This document shows, one piece after another, positions 12,350 to 22,790 of a stretch of DNA of 64,000 nt. The notes under the pieces are model-generated. The model searched no databases. It saw only the letters and a program-made list of their open reading frames with translations, and was not told the DNA's origin. The DNA is from Heptranchias perlo (taxonomy: Eukaryota), in contig NC_090341.1 of NCBI RefSeq assembly GCF_035084215.1, positions 28,334,001 to 28,398,000 of the forward strand. Direction: 5' to 3'. Position numbers and translations under genes: made by a program. Position 1 is the stretch's first letter. Each line of letters starts with the position of its first letter.

Positions 12350-13197
12350 CAACAAACAACAACAACAACTTGCATTTAAATTGCGCTTTTAACATATTAA
12401 AACGTCCAAAAGTGCTTCACAGGAGTTTTTTCAAACAAAATTTGACACCAAGCCACATAAGGAGATATTCGGACAGGTGACCAAAAACTTGGTCAAAGAG
12501 GTAGGTTTTAAGGAGCGCATTAAAGGAGGAGAGAGAGTTAGAGAGGTGGAGAGGTTTAGGGAGGGAATTCCAGAGCTTAGGGCCTAGGCAGCTGAAGGTG
12601 GAACGATGAAAATCGGGGACGTGCAAGAGGCAAGAATTGGAGGAGCGCAGAGATCTCGGAGGGTTATAGGGCTGGAGGAGGTTACAGAGATAGGGAGGGG
12701 CAAGGACATGGAGGGATTTGAAAACAAGGATAAGAATTTTAAAATAGAGGTGTTCCCAGACCGGGAGCCCATGTAGGTCAGCGAGAACAGGGGTAATGGG
12801 TGACCGGGATTTGGTGCTAGTTATGATACGGGCAGCAGAGTTTTGGATGAGCTCAAGTTTATGGTAGGTAGAAGATGGAAGACCAGCCAGGAGAGCATTG
12901 GAATAGTCGAGTCTAGAGGTAACAAAGGCATGGATGAGGGTTTCAGCAGCAGATGAGCTGAGGCAGGGGCAGGCGATGTTACGGTGGTGGAAGTAGGCAG
13001 TCTTGGTGATGGAGTGGATATGTGGTCGGAAGCTCATCTCAGGGTCAAATAGGATGTTAAGGTTGTGAGCGGTCTGGTTCAGCCTCAGACAGTGGCCAGG
13101 GAGAGGGATGGAGTCGGTGGCTAGGGAACGGAGTTTGTGGCGGGGACCAAGGACAATAGCTTCGGTCTTCCCAATATTTAGTTGGAGGAAATTTCCG
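12350..13197 (-). mobile_element. L2 LINE 3' part with (TTG)n tail
   Basis: ORF 12417-13211 NFLQLNIGKTE...AFVTSRLDYSNALL...LWNSLP; (caa)n at ~12350-12369. Confidence 0.92.
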
Positions 13198-13351
13198 TAT
13201 TTTAACTCCAACCTTGAAAGAGCGTCATCTTACAACAGAATGATTTTTCCCATTTCGACATCTTCATGAGGACTCTGAGTGAAATTTTTCGTTTCATGCC
13301 AATACAACAGCCATGCCCCTTTCCTCATCCAGTTTTATAATTTTGAAGGGG

Positions 13352-13606
13352 TCAACCTTGGTTCAGTTGTAGCAATCTCATCTGAGTCAGAAATTCGTGG
13401 GTTCAAGCCCCACTCCAGAGACTTGAATAATCTCGGCTGACACTTCAGTGCAGTTCTGAGGGAGTGCTGCACTGTCGGAGATGCCATCATTCAGAGGACT
13501 GGTTAAACGGAGGCCCCATCTGCCCTCACAGGGGGACGCAAAAGATCCCATGGTGCTATTTGAAGAGCAGGGTATTTCGCTGTGTCCTGGCCAACATTTA
13601 TCCTTT
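13352..13606 (+). mobile_element. tRNA-derived Deu-type SINE (SacSINE1-like), 5' part; continues at 16541-16562 and 17869-17968
   Basis: tRNA boxes (tggttcagttg / gggttcaagccc) and Deu-like core (taaacggaggcccc...aaaagatcccatgg). The 3' part caaattggctgcc...gtgactacatttcaaaag resumes after two insertions. Confidence 0.7.
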
Positions 13607-16537
13607 ACTTTTTTCTTTATTCGTTCATGGGATGTGGGCGTCGCTGGCAAGGCCAGCATTTATTGCCCATCCCTAATTGCCCTCGAGAAAGTGGTGGTGA
13701 GCCGCCTTCTTGAGCTGCGACAGTCCGTGTGGTGAAGGTCCTCCCACAGTGCTGTTAGGAAGGGAGTCTCCAGGATTTTAACCCAGCGGCGACGAAGGAA
13801 TGGCGATATATTTCCAAGTCAGGATGGTGTGAGACTTGGAGGGGAACATGCAGGTGGTGTTGTTCCCACGTGCCTGCTGCCCTTGTCCTTCTAGGTGGTA
13901 AAGGTCGCAGGTTTGGGAGGTGCTGTCGAAGAAGCCTTGGTGAGTTGCTGCAGTGCTGTCGATCATACACACTGCAGCCATGGTGCGCTGGTAGTGCAGG
14001 GAGTGAATGTTTAGGGTGGTGGATGGGGTGCCAATCAAGCGGGCTGCTTTGTCCTGGATGGTGTCGAGTTTCTTGAGTGTTGATGCAGCTGCACTCATCC
14101 AGGCAAGTGGAGAGTATTCCATCACACTCCTGACTTGTGCCTTATAGATGGTGGAAAGGTTTTGGGGACACTGCGCAATCATCAGCAAACATCCCCATTT
14201 CTGACCTTATGATGGAGGGAAGGTCATTGATGAAGCAGTTGAAGAAGGGTGGGCCTCAGAGGAACTGAGGAACTACTGCAGCAATGTCGTGGGGCTGAGA
14301 CAATTGGCCTCAAACAACCACTACCATCTTCCTTTGTGCTAGGTATGACTCCAGCCACTGGAGAGTTTTCCCTCTGATTCCCATTGACTTCAATTTTACT
14401 CGGGCTCCTTGGTGCCACACTCGGTCAAATGATGCCTAGATGTCAAGGGCAATCACTCTCACCTCACCTCTGGAATTCAGCTCCTTTGCCCAGGTTTGGA
14501 CCAAGGCTGTAATGAGGTCTGAAGCCGGGTGATCCTGGCGGAACCCAAACTGAGCATCGGTGAGCAGGTTATTGGTGAGTAAATGCCGCTTGATAGCACT
14601 GTCGATGACTCCTTCCATCACTTTGCTGATGATTGAGAGTAGACTGATGAGGCAGTAACTGGCGGGATTGGATTTGTCCTGCTTTTTGAGGACAGGACAT
14701 ACCTGGGCAACTTTCCACATTGTCGGGTAGATGCCAGTGTTGTAGCTGTACTGGAACAATTTGGCTAGAGGCACGGCTAGTTCTGGAGCACAAGTCTTCA
14801 GCACTACAGCCGGGATGTTGTCGGGGCCCACAGCCTTTGTGTACAGTGCACTCAGCCGTTTCTTGATATCACGTGGAGTGAATCGAATTGGCTGAAGACT
14901 GGCTTCTGTGATGGTGGGGATATTGGGAGGAGGCCGAGATGGATCATCCATTCGGCGCTTCTGGCTGAAGATGGCTGCAAATGCTTCAGCCTTGTCTTTT
15001 GCACTCACGTGCTGGACACCGCCATCATTGAGGATGGGGATGTTCACTGAGCCTCCTCCTCCTGTTAGTTGTTCAATTGTCCATCACCATTCACGACTGG
15101 ATGTGGCAGGACTGCAGAACTTTGATCTGATCCATTGGTTGAGGAATCGCTTCGCTCTGTCCAAAGCATGTTGCTTCCGCTGTTTAGCATGCATGTAGTC
15201 CTGTGTTGGAGCTTCACCAGGTTGACACCTTATTTTTTTTAGGTATGCCTGGTGCTGCTCCTGGCATGCTCTTTTACACTCCTCATTGAACCAGGGTTGA
15301 TCCCCTGGTTTGTTGGTAATGGTAGTGTGAGGAATATGCCGGGCCATGAAGTTACAGATTGTGCTGGAATACAATTCTGCTGCTGCTGATGGACCACAGC
15401 GCCTCATGGATGCCCAGTTTTGAGCTGCTAGATCTGTTCTGAATCTATCCCTTTAAGCACGGTGGTAGTGCCACACAACACGTTACATGGTGTCCTCAGT
15501 GTGAAGACAGGACTTTGTCTCCACAAGGACTGTGCAGTGATCACTCCTACCAATACTGTCATGGACAGATGCATCTGTGACAGGTAGACTGGTGAGGACG
15601 AGGTCAAGTAGGTTTTTCCCTAGTGTTGGTTCGCTCACCACCTGCTGCAGGCCCAGTCTGGCAGCTATGTCTTTCAGAACTTGACCAGCTTGGTCAGTAG
15701 TGGTGCTACCGAGCCACTCTTGGTGATGGACATTGAAGTCCCCTACCCAGAATACATTCGGTACCCTTGCTACCCTCAGTGCTTCCTCCAAGTGGTGCTC
15801 AACATGGAGGAGGACTGATTCATCAGCTGAGGGAGGGTGGTAGGTGGTAATCAGCAGGAGGTTTCCTTGCCCATGTTTGACCTGATGCCATGAGAATTCA
15901 TGGGGTCCGGAGTCAATGTTGAGGACCCCCAGGGCCACTCCCTCCTGACTGTATATCACTGTACCGCCACCTCTGGTGGGTCTGTCCTGCCGCTGGGACA
16001 GGTCATACCCAGGGATGGTGATGGAACAATCTGGACGTTGGTTGAAAGGTATGATTCCGTGAGTATGGCTATGTCAGGCTGTTGCTTGACTAGTCTGTGG
16101 GACAGCTCTCCCAATTTTGGCACAAGTCCCCAGATATTAGTGAGGAGGACCTTGCAGGGTCGACTGGGCTTGGTTTACATTTGTCGTGTCCGGTGCCAGG
16201 TGGTCCAATCGGTTTTATTCTTATTATGAGAGATTGTACAACCGAGTGGCTTGCTCGGCCATTTCAGAGGGCGATTAAGAATCAACCACATTGCTGTGGG
16301 TCAGGAGTCACATATAGGCCAGACCGGGTAAGGACGGCAGGTTTCCTTCCCTAAAGGACATTAGTGAACCAGATGGGTTTTTACGACAATCCGGATTTTT
16401 TTAATTCCAGATTTTTAAAAATTTAATTTATTGTATTTAAATTGCTGCCGTAGCAGGATTTGAACTCATGACTCCAGATTATTAGTCCAGGCCTCTGGAT
16501 TACTAGTCCAGTCACATAACCACTATGCTACCGTACC
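13607..16537 (-). mobile_element. Near-full-length family B LINE (CR1/L2 group): tRNA-like head plus APE-RT ORF, no ORF1; frameshifted
   Basis: Head at 16537-16450 with A and B boxes. APE begins ~16160 (LLTNIWGL, ILTESYL, GDFNVHH, SDH). RT: YCLISLLSIISKVMEG, QFGFR, ALDI. 3' tail at ~13607-13630; internal deletion near 14170. Confidence 0.9.
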
Positions 16538-16562
16538 ATACTCAACATCACCAAAATCAGAC

Positions 16563-17869
16563 TGGTTTGGAATTCATTGCGATAGCAGTATTGGCGACGA
16601 ATGCCATAAGTCAGACCATTGTGCTGCCAAGCTCTGCCAAAATTTGCTGGAGAACTGATTGGAATACACCACAACGAGCATTGCGGCGAATCAGAAGCAG
16701 TGCAGCGAATTACCAATGTAATGATCCCACTGATTAGGTAGTTTGTAAATCAGATTGCCATCAAGTTCTCAGAAGTTCATTTAATTCTTTTAGGTAAAAC
16801 CAGTTTCAAGGACCAACTGTAACAGAACATGTAGAGACGCCTGAACGTGATTCTTAATAAATTAATTTGTCATTCAGGTTTGAATGTGTATTTGTGAGCC
16901 ATCAGAGCATGAGAGGCAGATTTCACTACCTCACTTAACAAATGGAATGGAGAAAGTTAAGGAGATATATAAGCACTCACTATTATTCTGCTACCATTCA
17001 TTATTATGTTATATTTCATTCAGGCCACAGTTAGTTTCCTGAGGAAGACACTGCATGCTGTTCGACACAATGTGAAACAGGTGATTGTTGTCTGTTTACT
17101 TGCCTGTACATACAGTATTGCAACGGTTAGGAATATTACTATGCACTGCGGTCTGATCTGAATCCATGCTTACCGTGAACAATCATTAGGATATCAATAT
17201 GGAAATAATTAGAATTTAGCGCATCCATAGGAGATGATCTAATGGTGCGATTTTTTTTGGTATGGTGGTGATGCTGAAGTGCTGAGCTCAACAGCAATAA
17301 GGCAACAGGAAATATTTTGTTACCCATGACAATGGGAATGATTATGATGCCAAATGATGTATCTCAATGAGGGAGCTTCGATCAATGACTTTTCGGCAGC
17401 TAAGTTGAATTCTATGGTCCTGTGGACAAAGGTGATAACTGTGCTTCCATTTATGATAATGGTTCTGGGGATTCTCTTTGGATTGATCTCATGTGCACTG
17501 AGTGTGGATAATGAGGCATCAGAAGCAAAAAGGATATCCCTGCTACAACCATCTTGAATAAACACATAAATCAGAACTCTGCCAGGTCTCCAGCGCCATT
17601 ATTTTTCAGTCTAAGTGACAAAGGCATGAAGACTGGCATAAATACAGTAAGTCTGCGATCGCCATTAATTTTAATGATAATTACTTCTAGCTGTTTTCGG
17701 TGACGGTTAATATCGTAACAGTGCAAAAATCCCAGGAAATTATGGAATGGCCTCAGTAATAGCATAAGTCCCTCAGGCCATAATTTCCTGGAACTTCTGC
17801 ACTGGAGTAATTGCATACGACATAGATGCACCACTATTACAGTGCACGTTTTCAGCAAATTCCAGGCCA
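16563..17869. mobile_element. Non-autonomous DNA element (Harbinger-like) inserted in the SINE
   Basis: Termini tggtttggaatt and aattccaggcca followed by TTA. The SINE sequence is collinear on either side. Confidence 0.55.
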
Positions 17870-17969
17870 TTATTTCAACATTTATCTCATTGTTGTTTAT
17901 GCATTTTTGCTGTGTTCAAATTGGCTGCCATGTTTCCCTACATTACTCCAGTGACTACATTTCAAAAGT

Positions 17970-18918
17970 TACAGAATTATCGAAAGGTTACAGCACGGAA
18001 GGAGGCCATTTGGCCCATCGAGTCTGCGCCAGATCTATGCAAGTGCAATCTAGCTAGTCCCATTCCCCCGCCCTATCCCCGGAGCCCTGCAAATGTTTTC
18101 CTTTCAAGTACTTCTCCAGTTCCCTTTTGAAGGCCATGATTGAATCTGCCTCCATCACCCCCTCGGGCAGTGCATTCCAGATCCTAACCACTCGCTGTGT
18201 AAAAAAGTTTTCCCTCATGTCACCCTTGGTTCTTTTACCAATCACCTTCAATCAATGACCTCTGGTTCTTAACCCTTCCGCCAATGGGAACAGTTTCACA
18301 CTATCTACTCTGTCTCGACCCTTCATGATTCTGAATGCCTCTATCAAATCTCCTCGCAACTGTCTCTGTTGCGAGGAGAACAACCCCAGCTTCTCCAGTC
18401 TATCCACGTAACTAAAGTCCCTCATCCCGGGAATCATTCTCGTAAATCTCTTCTGCACCCTCTCTAAGGCCATCACATCCTTCCTAAAATGTGGTGCCTA
18501 GAACTGGACACAATACTCCAGTTGTGGCCGAACCAGTGTTTTATAAAGGTTCATCATGACTTCCATACTTATGTACTCTATGCCTCTATTCATAAAGCCC
18601 AGGATCCCATATGTTTTTTTAACCGCTTTCTCAACCTGCCCTGCCACTTTCAATGATTTGTGCACATATACCCCCCCAGATCTCTCTGTCCCCATACTCC
18701 TTTTAGTGTTGTGCTCTCTAGTTTATATTGCCGCTCCTCATTCTTCCTACCGAAATGTATCACTTCGCATTTTTCTGCGTTAAATTTCATCTGCCACGTG
18801 TCCATGCCACCAGCTTGTCTATATCCTCTCAAAGTCTATCACCATCCTCCTCACTGTTTACTACCCTTCCAAGTTTTGTATCATCTGCAAATTTTGAAAT
18901 TGTGCCCTGTACACCCAA
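17970..18918 (-). mobile_element. CR1 LINE 3' part (family also at 32712-36875 and 46395-47522)
   Basis: ISKFADD, WQMKFNAEKCEVIHFG, LVRPQLEYCVQF, FFTQRVVRIWNALP on -. Confidence 0.92.
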
Positions 18919-19062
18919 GTTAATAAAAAAGTGAAAGATAAACAATTAAAAATGATGAGGCATAAAAAAAGAAAGCAATAATAAGACAGAATGAAAATAG
19001 AACAAATAATATAAAATAGATAGATTTAAAATCAATTTCCCAAAACGTGAACTTAGATATTA

Positions 19063-20085
19063 TGGCCCAGAAATTGCTCTGAGTGGCAAACTTACCGTGG
19101 TCTTTACTGTGGGCACTTCCTCTAATGGGAAGCAAAGAAGAGCCCAGTGTTAGCCCCAGTGAAGCTAGGACCCATGGAAGAAGCGAGGAGTTCACGCTCT
19201 CCCCTCGACCAATCAGAATGCAGCATTTTTGACAAGCTGCAAATGGTTACTGCAAGCTGGAATGTAAAATCCAGAAAGTGAAATGTACAACACTAAAATC
19301 ATTTGTAAGAACAGTTATTGACAGAGAAAAAAAAGAGGGTAAGAAATAATCAAATTAAATAAAAGAAACCGAAGGAAAAAGTAAAAAAATTTTTTTTAAT
19401 GTTTTAACTAAAAAATCATTTTTTGTTAATGACCAAAAACTATTAAAATAAGGAATAATTAAATGAGACTCCACATTTTTAAAAGTTAATTTTTAGTTGT
19501 TTGGCAGTCATTAAGACTTAGGTTAGCACCTCCCAACCCCGCGACCTCTACCACCTGGAAGGACAAGAGCAGCAGGTACATGGGAACAACACCACCTGCA
19601 CGTTCCCCTCCAAGTCACATATCATCCCGACTTGGAAATATATCACCATTCCTGCATCGTTGCTGGGTCAAAATCCTGGAACTCCCTTCCTAACAGCACT
19701 GTGGGAGAACCTTCACCACATGGACTGCAGCGGTTCAAGGCGGCGGCTCACCACCACCTTCTCGAGGGCAATTAGGGATGGGCAATAAATGCTGGCCTCG
19801 CCAGCGATGCCCACATCCCATGAACAAATAAAAAAATTACCTGTTTTGTAGCAATATAAGTTACTTTCCAGCTGGGCAGAAGAGCAAGTTGGCACTGGTC
19901 CACTGATTCTGTTGATTGCAGCCGGCACTATCCCTTCAATGCGAACCTGTCATATTGCTGGCGAACCAGGAGGAGCAAGTTCCAGATTTCCGCATTTGAC
20001 ACAGGGACTTGCTCCTTGATTATGCCACTAACAACAGTGAGCGCTGTTGAGCTCACCGTTCTTTTTTTAAGCAATTTCTGGGCCA
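19063..20085. mobile_element. PIF/Harbinger MITE with perfect 16-bp TIRs and TTA target duplication
   Basis: TTA|tggcccagaaattgct (19063-19078) and agcaatttctgggcca (20070-20085)|TTA. Confidence 0.9.
19525..19836 (+). mobile_element. Family B LINE 3' fragment nested in the MITE
   Basis: cacctcccaacccc...gggcaattagggatgggcaataaatgctggcc...aataaaaaaa. Confidence 0.85.
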
Positions 20086-20679
20086 TTAATGTGATTAAAG
20101 CAAGTGGAGCTACTAGCAGTAGCATTGGTGCACTTCCATAAATTAAAATAAACTAATTGTCTGTGTCAAGAAACAATCTCAAGTACAAAGCAAACACAAA
20201 TTGCTGTGCTGCCCAAAATAATATAGCAATGTAATAAGAACACTGCATTTCCCAAACCAGGAGTTGTTATTCACAGATGTTTTTATAATTGGGCCTCATT
20301 GTTTTGTATTATCTCAAAAGTATTAAGTTTTTAAAAAGACACACAGACCACAATTAACAGCAAATTACTGAACCTTTAACAGTTACACATTAGAAGTGTG
20401 TTTATTACAGTTAGTGTTATAAATGCCCTGTATGATAGGTTTTATAAGTTGAAATCCAGAATGTGAGAAGCTCATCAAGAAAGCTTAATGAGGGTGTGAA
20501 CAGATGGTTGTCAGCACCTACAGTGGATTGCAAGTTCAATGAAGGAATGAAAGGGTGACAATGACAACAGTGTTTCAAATATGTTTCTCAGAACAAAGTG
20601 TCAACATATGTATATAGCAACTTTGAAACTTGCCACAGGGCTCATCAATGCTCATTAGGTAAATACAACTCACAATATG

Positions 20680-20947
20680 GAACCTGAGCTGCATAACTAG
20701 GAAGGTTCCAAATTACATTCCTGGTCTGTGCTCAGACAGCTGATCCCTGTCAGGGTAATTGGGATAAACAAAATCAGCCGTGATTCTGTCATATCCAGTA
20801 GCCCATGCTGAAAGGTAGGGGAGGGGGGGCTGGATACTACTGCACTGAAATGTCAGCCTAGATTTTATCTTCAAGTCCTGGAGTAGAGCTTGAACCCACA
20901 ACCTTCTGCCTCAGAAGTGAAAGTGCTGCCACTGAGCCAAAGCTGAA
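20680..20947. mobile_element. Two abutting SINE fragments: old tRNA SINE (+, ~20680-20820) and Deu-type SINE head (-, ~20835-20947)
   Basis: ctggtctgtgctcagacagctgatc matches the SINE at 61610. The minus strand reads tggctcagtggcagc...gggttcaagctctactccag. Confidence 0.55.
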
Positions 20948-21124
20948 ACCCCTGAAATCCTGGGGTTACATTGTGGGGCAGAGGTCTGGTGCAACGGGTT
21001 ATCGTCCCCATTTCCTCTTTGCTGTGTTTGGGAACTGAGTGTTCTCCAGGCATATTAAGCAGAAAACCTGCCCTATGTAGCTGCACTGGAATGGGAAGAA
21101 AAGAGCAGTGAGACTGATTCCCAG

Positions 21125-22175
21125 TTTATGGCATCCTAGCTAGCAGGAGAGGTTAAAAAACCTGGGATTGTTTACTCTGGACAACAAAAGTTTCAAAGGA
21201 GATATTATTCAAGTATTCAAATTTCTTAACGGAACAAATAAATTGAACCCCAAAAATACGTTTGAGGTTTCCAGAAATTCAAGGCTGCATATAATGACAC
21301 CACTAATCCTGGCCAGAATGGAGATGGTTGGGCAATTCCCTCATCAATCACGCCTGGAGACCGCACTGTTCCAAGTGACTCGGATTGATTTTGCATGCAT
21401 AATTTATATGTAATTATCCTCCACTCACTGTTTTATTTCTCCAGCAAAATGCAATTTGTATTATGTAATTATCCTCCACTCACTGCATTTTGCTGGAGAA
21501 ATCACTACTTTTATCGGGAGAAGTTGCTGCAGTTTCGGTTATGAGTTTGGTTTGCTGTAGCTTGTAGAGACTCTTTTCAAATAGAAACTGTAGACAGTTT
21601 GCTGTAGTGCGCTGTTTGCTGAGTAATTTGACTTTGTTTTCTTTAAAATAGACTGTTTGCTGTGAATCCTGCCATAAATCCTGCCCCGCCTCCAACTCAT
21701 TGGCTGACAATGCAACTCATTGTCTATTGACACCACTGTCAGCCATTCTGGAAATTCTAGAACCTGGGGACACAGGCTCAAGCTTAGAAGATGGAAGATG
21801 CACAGACAGTTTATATTTAGCTACTTGATGTGTGGAGGCAGGGAGTGGGGAAAATTAAGGGAGAATTGGTTCGAAATTTGAAGGAATGGCCATTAATTTT
21901 TGAGATTGGCCAAATGGACTGTAAAGTCTTTTTCAGTCCTGCACTTTCCAATGTCCCTATTGGAAAGGGGATGTGCTATGAGGGAAGATTGTAGGAGTTT
22001 ACAGGTTTAGAATTAAGTTGGTTACAGGGATGTCAATGAAATATATGACACATTAAATGCTATGGATAAGGTAAATCCAGATTAGTGAGCCAGAAAAGTG
22101 AAGTTATAGGAAATAGGTTCAACAAAGTGAAAAGCGAATTTAAAAAAGATTACTGTGGAAGAACGACTGTATTCA
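21125..22175 (+). mobile_element. Cluster of old CR1 3' fragments interleaved with a small non-coding repeat
   Basis: aaaacctgggattgtttactctgg, ggagatattattcaagtattcaaa, agaacctggggacacaggctcaag, atggataaggtaaatccag. Confidence 0.5.
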
Positions 22176-22177
22176 AG

Positions 22178-22790
22178 GGAAGGACGCCGCGCGGGAGTGG
22201 GGGGGGGGGGGGGGGGGGGGAGGCGGGAGGGACGCCGCGTGGGAGTGGGCGGGGTGGGAAGGACGCCGCGCGGGAGTGGGCGGGGTGGGAAGGACGCCGC
22301 GCGGGAGTGGGCGGGGTGGGAAGGACGCCGCGCGGGAGTGGGCGGGGTGGGAAGGACGTCGCGCGGGAGTGGGCGGGGTGGGAAGGACGTCGCGCGGGAG
22401 TGGGCGGGGTGGGAAGGACGTCGCGCGGGAGTGGGCGGGGTGGGAAGGACGTCGCGCGGGAGTGGGCGGGGTGGGAAGGACGTCGCGCGGGAGTGGGCGG
22501 GGTGGGAAGGACGTCGCGCGGGAGTGGGCGGGGTGGGAAGGACGTCGCGCGGGAGTGGGCGGGGTGGGAAGGACGTCGCGCGGGAGTGGGCGGGGTGGGA
22601 AGGACGTCGCGCGGGAGTGGGCGGGGTGGGAAGGACGTCGCGCGGGAGTGGGCGGGGTGGGAAGGACGTCGCGCGGGAGTGGGCGGGGTGGGAAGGACGT
22701 CGCGCGGGAGTGGGCGGGGTGGGAAGGACGTCGCGTGGGAGTGGGCGGGGTGGGAAGGACGTCGCGCGGGAGTGGGAAGGACGTCGCGGG
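22178..22790 (+). repeat. 31-bp GC-rich minisatellite (gggaaggacgtcgcgcgggagtgggcggggt), about 17 full units plus degenerate ends and a poly-G tract
   Basis: Directly visible tandem array. It explains the stop-free repetitive ORFs in several frames. Confidence 0.97.

Noticed and set aside
16450-16537. Genuine tRNA gene
   Set aside because: It has an extra anticodon arm, a poor acceptor stem, no adjacent terminator, and it is contiguous with a retroelement body.
22178-22790. Possible CRISPR-like array
   Set aside because: The units are contiguous with no unique spacers, there are no cas genes, and the context is a vertebrate genome.
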